64,000 nt of DNA from the NCBI RefSeq assembly GCF_018350175.1, contig NC_058368.1:145702001-145766000 (forward strand). The letters run 5' to 3'. The position numbers were made by a program, and so were the translations under genes. This stretch comes from Felis catus. Taxonomy: Eukaryota. The notes under the pieces are model-generated. The model saw only the letters and a list, made by a program, of their open reading frames with translations, was not told the origin of the DNA and did no database searches. The number at the start of each line of letters is the position of its first letter. The stretch's first letter is position 1. Below are positions 48,919-61,014 of the stretch, piece by piece.

Positions 48919-49155
48919 GTTTAAAAAAAATTTTTTTTATTAGTTTTCTTTTATTTTTGAGAGGCAGAGAGAGACAGAGCATGAGTGGGGAGGGGCAGAG
49001 AGAGAGAGGGAGACACAGATTCCGAAGCAGGCTCCAGGCTCTGAGCTGTCAGCACAGAGCCCGATGTGGGGCCTGAACTCAGGAACTCAGGAACAGTGAG
49101 ATCATGACCTGAGCTGAAGTCAGACACTCAACCTACTGAGCCACCCAGGTGTCCC
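48919..49155 (-). mobile_element. CanSINE
   Basis: 13-bp TSD tctttttgcctct (48906-48918 / 49156-49168). Internal gaactcag tandem duplication. Confidence 0.95.
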
Positions 49156-49343
49156 TCTTTTTGCCTCTCTTGACTAAGGTCTCTCCTTGGCCCATCTCAT
49201 CTAGGTTCACTACTTATCTTAGCCCTGTGGACCTTACCTTTTTCAGGAAGAGGAAGTGTAGAAAAGTGAGTTCACATAGAAAATTTCCCCATAAGGCCTA
49301 AAATAGAGGTGGATTAAGTGCTCTACTATATGATAATGAAGGG

Positions 49344-49586
49344 TTTTTTTTTTGTTAAGTTTTTAATTTTAATTCCAGTATTGTTAGCATACAGTGTTAT
49401 ATAGTTTCAGGAGTACAGTACAGTGATTCAGCAATTCCATACATTACCTGGTGCTCATCATGAGGTAAGTGCCCTCCTTAATCTCCATCACCTATTTTAC
49501 CCATTGGCCCACCCACCTCCCCTCTGATAACCATCAGTTTGTTCTCGATAGGTAAGAGTCTGTTTCTTGATTTGTCTTTCTCTTTT
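49344..49586 (-). mobile_element. L1 3' UTR fragment (carnivore L1)
   Basis: ttaattccagta...gtttcaggagtacag...caattccatacattacctggtgctcatc...cagtttgttctc. Confidence 0.9.
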
Positions 49587-52500
49587 TATAATAAAAATTT
49601 TAATGAAAAATTGACGTCAAAATTTTTACCTTCGCAAGATAGAAAAATATCATCTAAAAATTTATGAACATGTGTGTCTCTTCAAGTACAGACTATAATT
49701 TATTTTCAAAGCAGCCTGACCTTTTGGTTTGGGCAAAGCAACTTGAGTTAGCCCTTTTATTCAGACAAATACCTTTTTTCCTAATTTTTGGTGCAAAACC
49801 CAAATGCCTTCATATAACCGAAAACAGATACTTCAGCCCTTATATGCTATGTTTATCATTTGGAAGAATTTCACTTCTGTAAAATTAGATATTTTTCCTC
49901 CTATATTTGGATTAAGACTACCCTATATTTGAAATTATAATTTGTATTGTGTGTGTGTGAGTTTGTATTACATTGTATATATATTCAGCCACTTGCTTAA
50001 AAGAAATTGGAAGTAGGAAACTGATTATTACAAAGGTTACATAGAAACTTGATTTTCTTACCTCCTATTAAAGGTAAGATCAAGAGATTCACTAAGTGGT
50101 ATGAGATGTACTGCACTAGATTGTCCCACATGGTCTTATCTTAGTTTGATTAAGCCACACTTTAAAAAATATGTTCTCCAACTTAAAGATTCTTGTTGAG
50201 TTTCTGGCCTAGTTTTTGGTGTCAGACCAAACACTTAGATTGATATACAACCCCAAGGGAATGTCTACTCCCAAAGCCAAACGCTCTAGGAAAACGTTAC
50301 TTCTGGAATAAAAATGAGACAGCCTTAGATTGAGTGGGAAAGGATGCTGTTTTCTTTGTAAGGCCAGTGACAGGTTGGGCCCTAACTCTGAGGCATGGAG
50401 ACTGATGTGTGTGGAGACAGGGCAGGAGCCAGATAGGGAACTGGCTTAGTAAGAGCGTCTGAGGTCCATACTCCTGGAGAAGCTAGTTTGAGCAAGAATT
50501 GTGAATCATCCTCTGTCATTCTTCTGTTATCTCCTAACCTTCAGTAAAGTATTATTAAAAGTTACAAGCTAATTTCTGGGACTGAGGATTCCTGATCCAT
50601 TTTTCAAAAGGACTAACAAAAGGGAGAGCACTGTTTCCTCCACAGGGCCAGAATGGGACTTCTGGCTAAGGACACCGGCAAAGAACAGCTGAATCCAGTA
50701 GAGGAGCCTCTGAGGGTGATTAGGAAAGGCAGCAACTTTGCAAGCTGACAAGGAGTCTCCAGTGCAGGAAGCTGAGGACTTTTGCTAGGTCAGAAATTAG
50801 TGAGCATTCTTGGACACTGTTAAGTAGATCTAGGCCTAGGTTCCAGGAACTGGAATCATGGGAACTTATAGCATAGTGATGTGGGAATAAAAAGGCAGTG
50901 CAATCTCATTTCCTAGTCATGGGCTGGTAACCAATTATTAGGTTGCATCTATCTCTCGATTTGGAGTTTCCTCCTGGATTTCTTAGGTCTTCCAAGGGAT
51001 GAGGGGGTCTCTTTTGTGGAAGGTGGCCTGGCCTAACCCTTCTTTTGGCTCTACCTGCATAGACAGGAGGAAAAAAAAAACAGATTTCAAAAGGGAGGGA
51101 ATGCACAGAGGAGAAAACACGTTAATATCTTATTTGCCTTCCACTGAAGTCTCTGTCTTCTAGCTCTGTGGAGCTATGATCACTGAGGATTCCACTGATT
51201 CTTAGACCCACTCCAGAACTCTTTCTCCATGGGTGTCATAATTTGGCTACTGTCAGACTTCATGGCTGCCACCAGCCACGTCTCCACTGTAGCTGCTCCC
51301 TGCCCCTCCAGCCCATCACCCACTTCTGCCTCATGGCCTATCTCATGCCACCTTCTTCCAGCCAGGGCTGTGAACCCATTGGGCACCTTGGGCACAGTAT
51401 CAAGGACCTGGAGATTTTCACAGGCTTACAAGGAAATTAAGTCCTGAAAAAATTTTATTGTTTATAAAATATAACATATAAATAAATACCTTCAAAATTA
51501 AAGTTAATAAATCTTGAATTGAATAATACATTCTTGAATAAATCTTGAATAAGACCTCTTTCATAGTTACATACAATATGAAACATTAATGTGAAACATG
51601 GCTGAATTCTAAAACATTTGTTGTTATGTAGGTTGGGTGTGGTTTCCAAAGTTGAAAGTTCCTGGGGCCCATGAGGGTCATAAAGTAGAAGCTAGCTTTC
51701 ACTGTCTACTCTCAACTATCCCCTGCCTCAAATCTTTCTCATATTATCCTGTCACCTACCCAGATTTCTTTAGTTATAGTTAATACCTGGGATATCATCC
51801 AGCAGGAAAAAAATATATAATAAAAGCCCAGTGAAGAAAGAAATGCATTTCCTTCCCAAGGCCAAGGTCCCTGGTGTTTAGACCACTCTACTACAGGATG
51901 CTGACTTGGAGAACTTGCCATCTGGCTTGAAGTGACACAGGTGTTCTGTTGAAAAGGAAATAACTCAGGCTAGAGAAAGAAGTGAGATGCTACATGGCTG
52001 ATTTCTTCTCAGCCAGTCCCCAGTGAACAGGCTCCTTTTTCAGCCTGCATATGCACCTTCCATCCACCCAGAGCTGGGGTTGTCTGGGATTTGGAGCAAC
52101 TGGTTGCCATTTTGTTTGGACCTTAGGGGTTGGATCTTGCCTGATGCCAAGAAGATTTTCCTTTTCCTGATCATGGAGGGGCTAATGCTAAATATGTCAC
52201 TGGAGAAGGAGTTTTCTAGTTAGAAATAATGAACCTTTATCATTCTTTAAAGTTATGGTCACTATTTTAGATGTGTATGATACATGAAACAGATCCTGGA
52301 AATCTGTACTTCCTAATTAATGTGTCACTCTGCCCAGCTCCCAGGTTCAAGAAGTAGAGTCTCAAAGCCCCTTCTTCCGATCACCATAGCTTTGAAATAC
52401 TATGAGCTCTTGAATCTACAGAAGAGGAGACAAGGTGGTGTGAAATATGAACCATGGGCCAGGCCTGGCAGGGTGGCAGTTTCCAGCAGTGGAGCTTGAA

Positions 52501-52719
52501 GGCCAATAAGCTTAATCTGAAGCACAAGAACCATTGGGAATTGAAAAATGCATCCAGCACTGTATTAATACCATTGCTCCAAGTCAAATGTGTTGATGCC
52601 AAAGATGGTATCGTGGTCTCTCTGGATTAACTGGCTCCAGCCAGGGCTCGATTTTATTGCCCATTCTATCAGGGGGGAGGGGTAATAATTTGATGGCTGT
52701 TGTCAGAATGCCCAAAGAA

Positions 52720-53150
52720 CATTGGATTGGCACCTCAGGAGACTTGGATCATGGCCATTAATTAGTTGGAGGATTTCAGGAAAATCCCTTAATCCTTCTG
52801 TGCATAAATTTCCCATCTATAAAAAGTAAGCCTAATAATAGTGCATGTCTTACAGAGTTGTGTGAGAATGGAAGGGGGTAAAATGTGTGAGGAGCATTGG
52901 AAGTAAATTTAGCAACTTCCTGGGTGAGGGAGCTGAGATCAAGTAGAGAAATAATGACTGACGAGCTCAAAAACTGGGGTTGTAGTCTATGCTTTGCCAC
53001 GTACTAACTGTTCGATCTTGGGCCTTTAGCCTAGCTGGGGATCTGATGCCTCAGGAGTGCATAATGATCGTTAAAGCCTCAGAAGTGTTGAACAGTTTAG
53101 GTGAGATACTGTATGAGGTTATCCACTATACGGTGCTATACAAATGTTAA
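52720..53150 (+). mobile_element. Two tandem MIR remnants
   Basis: cccatctataaaaag...aataatag...cagagttgtgtgag and gctttgccacgtactaactgttcgatcttggg. Confidence 0.6.
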
Positions 53151-55639
53151 TTAAAATAGTGATTCATCTGGTGCCTTGCTATTCTCAAGCTGATTAACTG
53201 GCTTAGTTTTTGTTAATTAAAAAGTGTGGTTATTATCGTCCTGATAAATCTCATATTTATTGGACATTAGACTCTCAAGACTCACCTCTAGCATTTTTCA
53301 TCCACATTGGGCAGAGGAGAAAGCAGGTGGGACACCCCTGCAAGTCCTGTCTGCTCTTCGGATCTCTGTATCAGAGCTGGGTAGGCCAGCACATTCCAAA
53401 ACTGCCCCATTTCAGCAACTTGTACAACCAGAGGTTTGGAGTTGGGTTCTGAGAGGGTTGCCCAGCTGACAGTTGGAAACGATGCGATATTTGGCATCAA
53501 CTGCTTGAGTTGAAGCTCTTCTGCCAGAGTAATTGGCCAAAGCCCCTTGGACCTTGCCTGATATCTGGATGGACGGAAAATAGAGAATCAGATTCAAAGT
53601 GTCTGGAGAAACCTCAGAAAGTTGCATACGTGTGGGCTTCCATGTTTTTCCATCACCCCTGTGGAACACTTAACTTGGGAGTTCTGTGTGTGCCCTGAGA
53701 GAACACTGAGGCCTGCATGAGCAGTGAAGCACTGAGCAGGATCTTCTTGTTCCTCTGTTCCATGCCTCTTCTTCCCAGAATCACCCGAGGCTTCACTATT
53801 GATATCGTCAGTGAGCTGGGCAGAAAGCTCAAGATTGCTGCTCTTGCTGATTTTCCCTTTCACCTGTCTTGGCTGTTTTGGGATTTGAAGTATGCCGAAT
53901 AGCAGTTCTAGCTTGTTAGGGCTGCAAATGGATAACCTTGCTTTCAGATATGAGAGGCAAAGTGCTGCAAGAAAACTGCCTGTTCCATCTTTCCATCTGT
54001 TTAGCCCCATAGAATTCCCAGAGGGCGCAGCTCCAGCCAGTTAAAAAACCAAACCATTATTTGTCTACATGTTAAAATCTGAGAAGCTGCAGCAGTTTCA
54101 GGGGAGATATTCCCATTGCAGGGCCTCAAGACAACTGTTCATAAGCCAGTCATCATATTAAGTGATTCATGGGCCATGCCCAAGTAAAAGAAAGTCAGAA
54201 ATGCAGAAGCAGAAATGGACATTTCCCAAAGATAGATGGGAATAGAATACATTTATATGATTTCAAATAGGAGAAAAATGAAAGTAGGTTCTCTTGTTCT
54301 CATATCATAGTGAAGGCTGGGATAAAAAATATCAGAATGACTGAGACTGAATTGGCTTTTGTGCTTACAGACTGTGCTATGAATTGTGCAGCCAGAATGA
54401 ATAGTGTTTACAGGAAGCCGATCAATTGCCTGTAGTTGGTTATGTCTCTGGTATGATTTGCTTTCTAGTCAACTAAGTAAATACCTTGAATAATAAATGA
54501 AGAAAACAAACAAACAACAAAAGTAATGGGAAGAAAGGCAGGAAGCAGGAGCTAAAAAATTTCAGGTTTATTGCAAATCCACAAAGGAACTTGAGGTAGT
54601 CACACCAAGATAGATTCTTCTTCCTCCTACGGAATGAATGTTCTTTCTTGATACATTTAGAAATGATTCTGTTGAAGAAATTTATTTGATCTTCTCTTTT
54701 AGCAGGAGACTTGGTCTTTGTTCTTCCCCTTGGCCTCCCTGCACTAAAGACTCTTCAGAGGGAATTTAAGTTTGAGGGTACTCAAGGCATGGGGAAGCTT
54801 GACTTATTGCCTCTGTCAACAGACTGCATATGTCACGGGGAGCTGTGATCACAGGCCCTGGGGTACTGTAGAGGAAAACTGATTTCCTCCATCCCTACTA
54901 GAGGGCTATTCTTGGAGCACAGAAAGGGAGTGGCAAGGGATTTAGATACTGAGAAGTATCTGCAGACTTTATGGCATGGCCCTATCTTCTTGTATTGACT
55001 GTGTTTCCTTCACAGAAGGCTGTGAATCAGAATAAGAGTTGGTGTCCATGCAGTTGTGACTCAAAGAGCCAACTTTTCTCTGCAGATAAGAGATAGACAC
55101 AGGAAAAGCTGACCAGAACCAGGGGCATTTCCCAAGGACAGCTTGTTCTTCCTAGATCTTCCTGCAAAAGAGAGATAAATGGAAGATCATTTTTTTCTTC
55201 TTATAGAATGACCTAAATATAGGGATAAAAGCAGAGAAGTTTCAGGCACTGCTATTGGCAAAGGGACAGCATAGTACTCAGGACTGCTTGGTTTCTGTAG
55301 GGCAGAAGCTGTTAGCTGGCAAAGGGGCACAGTGGCAACTTCTGCTATCATAATATGACCTTCCTTCTCTTCAGTCAGGGGCAGAAGGCAGTGCCAAGTG
55401 CTGAAAGGAGAAAGCATGAGAACGGGAGAACGAGTGGATTTGGTATAAAACGCTCACACTAGTTGTATGTAAAGGAGGATGGTGTTGTTAGAAAGTATAT
55501 TCCCAGCTTGTGTAGGACTACGGAATTCCATCTGGATCCGAATAATTGGAAAGGAGTATGTTAGTGAGACTGAGACTACTTGTCAAATTATCATCATTAG
55601 CATTGTCATCATCATTACAATCAATCTTTGCAAAAATAG

Positions 55640-55830
55640 CTCTCTATGATTGTTCTGTGACAAATACTGTCCTAAGTATTTTATAAGTATTACTTCACTT
55701 TTGAAAAATGTAGAAACTGAGGCATGGAAAATTTCAGTACAAAGTTATTGTTATATAGCTCATTTGTTGCAGTTAGAATTTGAACCCATGACCACTTGAT
55801 GGCCAGGCTTGGGCTTTTAGCCACCATGAT
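55640..55830 (-). mobile_element. MIR
   Basis: gaaactgaggca...agaatttgaaccca...cttttagccac. Confidence 0.7.
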
Positions 55831-57001
55831 ATTCTACCTCAAAAGCCAGATTGTATAATCTTAACTGAAGGAAGGAACTAAGAAGCTTCTTTTGGAATGG
55901 ATCTTGGCCTTTTTCAAATCATTTGATTATATTTTATCTTAAGAAGTACTGAAGCATTTTTTAGTTCTATCTTTTGGATACTAACCCTTTATTGGATATT
56001 TCATTTGCAAATATCTTCTCCCATTCTGTAGGTTGGTTTTTAGTTTTGTTGGTTGTTTCCTTCACTGTGCAGAAGCTTTTGCTTTTGATGTAGTCCTAAT
56101 TGTTTATTCTTGCTTTTGTTTTCCTTGCCTCGGGGGGACCTATCTAGAAAAAATTTGCTATGGCTGATGTTAGAGAAGTTACTGACTCTGTTCTCTCCTA
56201 GGATTTTTATGGTTTCAAGTCTCACATTTAGGTTTTTAATCCATTTTGAATTTATTTTTGTGTATGGTGTAAGGAAGTGGTACAGTTTCATTCTTTTGCA
56301 TGTAGCTTTCCAGTTTTTCCCAACATCATTTGTTGAAGAGACTGTCTTTTGCCCATTGGATATTCTTTCCTACTTTGTCGAAGAGTAATTGACCATGTAA
56401 TTGTGGGTTTATTTCTGGATTTTCCATTCTGTTCCATTGATCTATGTGTCTACTTTTGGGCCTATACCATACTGTTTTGATCACTACAGCTTTGTAACAT
56501 AACTTGAAGTTTGGAATTGTGATGCCTCCAACTTTGCTTTTCATTTTCAAAATTGCTTTGGCTATGTGAGGTCTTTTGTGGTTCCATACAAAGTTTAGGA
56601 TTGTCTATTCTGGTTCTTTGGAAAATGATGTTGAAATTTTGATAGGGATTGCACTGAATGTGTAGTAGTACATTGGGTAGTATAGACATTTTAACAATAA
56701 TTGTTCTTCCAATCCATGAGCATGGAATGTCTTTCAGTTTCTGCGATGATTTTCTTTCATCGCAGAGGGGAAAAAAGAGAGAGAGACAAACTAAGAAACA
56801 GACTCTTAACTATAGAGAACAAATTTGTGGTTACCAGAGGGGAGGTGGGTGGGCTGATGGGTAAAATAGGTGATGGGGATTAAGGAGGGCACTTTTCGCG
56901 ATGAGCACCAGGTAATGTATGGAATTGTGGAATCCACAAAATTCATACCACATATATTGCATACTATATATTACCTAACTGGAATTAAAACAAAAACTTA
57001 A

Positions 57002-57445
57002 GGGATACCTGGGTGGGTCAGTCAGTTAAGCATCTGACTCCTGATTTTAGCTCAGGTCATGATCCCAGGGTCATGAGATTGAGTCCCATGTCAAACTCTG
57101 CACTGAGCGTGGAGCCTACTTAAGATTCTCTCTCTGTCTCAGAGGTTAGAGTGGGAGAGAGCCAAAGCATAAGAGACTCTTAAAAACTGAGAACAAACTC
57201 AGGGTTGATGGGGGGGTGGGAGGGAGGGGAGGGTAGGTGATGGGCATTGAAGAGGGCACCTTTTGGGATGAGCACTGGGTGTTGTATGGAAACCAATTTG
57301 ACAATAAATTTCATATATTGAAAAAAAAAGATTCTCTCTCTGTCTCTTTGTCTCTGTCTCTCTCTCTGCGCCCCTCCCCCATCATGCACACTCTTTCTCT
57401 TTCTAAAGTAAATAGATAGATAGATAGATAGATAAAAGTTAAAAC
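57002..57445 (+). mobile_element. Older CanSINE in the L1 tail, with a (GATA)n tail
   Basis: gggatacctgggtgggtcagtcagttaagc head; the (CT)n region resumes at about 57330. Confidence 0.92.
57141..57327 (+). mobile_element. Heavily 5'-truncated young L1_Fc 3' end nested in the SINE
   Basis: Matches the 3' UTR of the L1 at 61521. Perfect 19-bp TSD aagattctctctctgtctc (57122-57140 / 57328-57346). Confidence 0.96.
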
Positions 57446-58563
57446 TAAAAAAAAAAAAAAAAGAAAGAAGTACTGAAGCAGAGTCCCCCTGAGTGGAGAC
57501 TACATCCCATAAATGAATCAGGTGCCTCATGGGACTATCTTGAGCTGCTGAAGGAATGTAATACCTACATTTGTGTCTGATTTATTGCCAGGGAGGAAGT
57601 GTGAGACTGGGGAGATGGGAGACCTTTGTGTTCCAAGTTTCTTACTCCTGCCTCAGAACGCTAATAAAAAGAAAGGTTTGCTTTTTCACAGAGCCAGTGG
57701 AAGCTTGTCTTCGTGTGGTTCTTGGGTCGATACAGATGGATCTACATGATTCCCATGTTAAACTGTTTGGTTCTATACATTTGTATTCAGTCTTCTTGTG
57801 GTTAGACTAACCACTTTCCCTCAAGAATCTCAATGTTAGAATGTTTCAAACTCTATTATTAGCTGTGTGGCTATAACATCTGTATGAGTCTCACTGCTTT
57901 CTATAGTCTGAGACTATGTCACTGTGCATGTATGCTTAGAATTGTTGTACCTGTTGGTGTATGTTTCTTTTGTCATAATGTAAGAACCATCTTTACCGTG
58001 AACAGTGATTTTTTTTTAACTCAAACTCTGATTAGTTCAATATTACTGTAGCTATATCAGTTTTCTTTTGATTTGTATTTGCCCAGTACATTTTTCTTTA
58101 GCCTTTAATTTCAACATTTCTTTCTTCTAATGTTTTACATGTGTCTATTCTAAAGAGTATAAGGAACAATTTCACTCTTTTTCATTTTTAAATCTAGCCT
58201 AGAAATCCTTTTTAATTGGCAAGTTTAGTCCACTTATTACAGATATATTTGTGTATTTATTTTTGTCATTTTTGTTTTTGCTTTTTCCTGTATTTTCTGT
58301 GTTTTTTCTTCCTGTTATCCTTTATACCAATCAACTTATTATTTCTCTTAGCTTAGAAGTTACACATTATAGTCCTATTCTTTTTAATGGTTGAAAAAAA
58401 ATCTAACTTGCATTCATGCAATAAAATCAAAAGTTGTTCAGTGTGTCTACATTTCTGATGAATGTTATGCCACTGTATAACAATTTACCCCCAGTCTGGC
58501 CCTTCCTTATTGTAAGTTATTATTTTTTAGTAGTGTACTATAGTTTTCATATTAGTTGCTATA

Positions 58564-58596
58564 GTATTAGTTAGGGTTCTCCAGAGATATAGAGCC

Positions 58597-58636
<40 letters not shown>

Positions 58637-58870
58637 ACGTACGTACGTATATAAATGAATATATACATGCATATACATATGGAATCTGCAGGTGGACTAT
58701 TGGCAGAATTCCCTGTTCTGTAGAGGGGGGGTCACTTTCTTCCTGTAAGGCCTTTAACTGATTGGATAAGTCCCATTCACATTATGGAGGGCAGTTTGCT
58801 TTACTCACAGTGTACTGATTTAAATATTAATCACATTAAAAAAATACCTTAATCTCACCCAAAAAATACC
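58564..58870 (-). mobile_element. MLT2-like ERVL LTR, partial
   Basis: gtattagttagggttctccagaga...aaggcctttaactgattggataagtcccattcacattatggagggc. Confidence 0.85.
58600..58653. repeat. (TG)n(TACG)3(TA)n compound microsatellite
   Basis: Directly visible. Confidence 0.95.
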
Positions 58871-58894
58871 ATGTCTTCTGAGTGTATACAGGCT

Positions 58895-59255
58895 TCTGTG
58901 TGGTTTCCTGCCTTTGAAGCTAGGTGGCCTGAGACTCATTTCTCACTAAGACAATGTGGAAAAAGTGATACTGTATGATTTCCAAGGTTAAGGTTGTAAG
59001 AAGCCCCTCACGTGCCATTTCGGTTTCTTGGACTATGTGTTCTGGGAAAGAAGGCCACCAGTGAAAAAGTCTAACTGTCCTAAAACATCCATGCTACAGG
59101 AAGCTCAAGCTAGCCATGTAGAGAGAAAGAGATGTTCTCCCAGTCTCACCTGTTCCAGCCATTTGAATTAAGTTGTCATACATGTGATTGAAAACATCAT
59201 CTTGGATGTGTAGTCCAGTTGAGACTTCAGGTGATTCTAGTCTCAGATTGTTACT
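58895..59255 (+). mobile_element. MLT1G/H-like MaLR LTR, partial
   Basis: aagtgatactgtatgatttccaagg...gaagctcaagctagcca...catcttggatg...ccagttgagacttcaggtga. Confidence 0.7.
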
Positions 59256-59273
59256 TAAAATCACTACATTTGT

Positions 59274-59468
59274 GGGGCGCCAGTTAAGCGTCCGACTCTT
59301 TGTTTCGGCTCATGTCGTGATCTCATGGTTCATGAATTCAGGCCCCATGTAGGGCTCTGTGCTGACAGTTTGGAGCCTGCTTGGGATTCTTTCTCTCCCT
59401 CTGTCTCTGCCCCTCTCCCTCTTGCTCTCTCTCAAAATATAAATAAACTTAAAAAAATTAAAAAAAAA
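59274..59468 (+). mobile_element. CanSINE with an A-box deletion
   Basis: The head reads ggggcgccagttaagcg and lacks about 14 nt (tgggtggctcag...). Confidence 0.9.
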
Positions 59469-59981
59469 TATGTGTTTTGGTGTTCTACAGTTTCATTATA
59501 ATAAATCTACATAGGGACATTTCATTTATCAGTGTTTTAAACTCGTTATACTTGCTATATCCAAGGATTATATTTTTTTTATCAATTCTCAAAAATTCCG
59601 AAAACTTTCAGATGTTATTTCAATTGCTGTCTTTCCGCTGATTCTCTTCTGATGTGATTATTGGTTATGTTGAAACTTCTCTCTCTTCCCTTCATGATTC
59701 TTAGCCTCTCTTTCATGTTTTTTATCTCTCTATCCTTCTGTGCTGCAATTGGGATTAAGTCATCACATCTTATTTTAGTTCACAAATTCTTTTTCTGGAT
59801 ACAGTTTGAACCAACAATTGGGCTTTTAATTTCAATGCCTTTACTTTTAAATTCTGTACATTTTAATTTTTTTTTCAAACCTACCCATTCCTTTTAGATA
59901 TTGTTTTATATGTTTTTCTTGATTTTAATTTTTCTTTTATATCTCTATTTTTATATATCCTTTCAAAGGCATACTGATTCT

Positions 59982-60211
59982 GGGGTCACCTGGGTGGCTC
60001 AGTTGGTTGATTGTCTGATTTCAGCTCAGGTCACGATCTCACAGTTTGTGAGTTCAACCCCACATTGGGCTCTCTGCGGTTAGCACAGAGCCCTCTTTGG
60101 ATCCTTTGTCCCCTTCTCTCTCTCTGACCATCCCCTGCTTGTGCGTGCTGATGTGCTCTCTCTCTCTCTCTTTCAAAAAAAAATAAAAAACATTAAAAAA
60201 ATATTTAAAAA
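59982..60211 (+). mobile_element. CanSINE
   Basis: TSD catactgattctg / cacactgattctg. Confidence 0.92.
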
Positions 60212-60879
60212 CACACTGATTCTGTAGTTTCTTTCTAATAGTTCTGTGATCTGGAGTTTTTCATGTTTAGTAGTGATATTTCTTGTATCTGCTTCTCTAG
60301 TTCATTCTGAATAGTTTCTTGAGTGTGTCGTAATTTTGGATTGTAGTAAATCTTAAGCGGGGCTTCACTTAAAGACTTTTGTCTTCTCTGTGTTGGAAGT
60401 ATGTCCCTCAGGAGTGGTTCTGTGTCTGTTTCTAGCCAGTTACCTCAGGGGTATCATTAACCTTGGGTCTAGGTTGTTTCTGACTTAGGGGATTCTGAAC
60501 CTAACAGAAAGTATAAATTTGAACCCCAAATCCATGTGTGGCATGCCTATGGTTATGCATTTCAGGGAAGACTGTTTCAACCACCCAGATCCTAGGCCCA
60601 AATAGACAAGCTTGCTTGTCATTTCCCTAGCTAGTAGAAGGGTTTTTTTTCTCTTGCAATGCAGGTGTAGATCTTTAAAGATTCTAACTTTATGTGAAGG
60701 TCTTAATTCTGTCTCCCTCCTGTTCCTGCATAGCTGTCAGAACATAAGCCCTTTGGGTTCCTGAGGCCAGCAAATCATTCCAAGGATTACCACTCTGATT
60801 TTTTACTTTCTCCTTCACTTTTGGCCCCTAGAGATTTCTGTTACATGTCTGTGAAATCAGATACACATTTAAAAGGGGA

Positions 60880-60880
<1 letters not shown>

Positions 60881-60921
<41 letters not shown>
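60881..60921. repeat. (TG)20 microsatellite
   Basis: Directly visible. Confidence 0.97.
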
Positions 60922-60922
<1 letters not shown>

Positions 60923-61014
60923 CTAAAGCAGGAAGTTTCTGTGGGTATTTAGTTCATGATATTGCTAGAAACAAAATTATATTTTGTAAAGCTACTACCA
61001 AGACTTTTTATTGG

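Larger units (their letters stand above)
55957..57464. mobile_element. L1 with a 5' inversion: antisense ORF2 piece (55957 to about 56760), sense 3' UTR (about 56762-57001) and poly(A)
   Basis: Perfect 16-bp TSD aagaagtactgaagca (55941-55956 / 57465-57480). ORF2 remnants lie on the - strand; the 3' UTR and A-tail lie on the + strand. Confidence 0.93.
57810..60960 (-). mobile_element. Old L1M (L1ME-like) remnants interrupted by LTRs and SINEs
   Basis: T-rich antisense L1 motifs (ttttctttagcctttaatttcaac; tcagtgttt...atcaattctcaaaaattc). Boundaries approximate. Confidence 0.55.

Noticed and set aside
53365..53830. Peptide VSELGR in two neighbouring ORFs
   Set aside because: Underlying DNA similarity is only about 11 nt; coincidence.
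55440..55545. TATAAAA plus SpeI, EcoRI and BamHI sites close together (possible vector or synthetic insert)
   Set aside because: The sites are dispersed in genomic-like sequence with no polylinker or vector context; compatible with chance.
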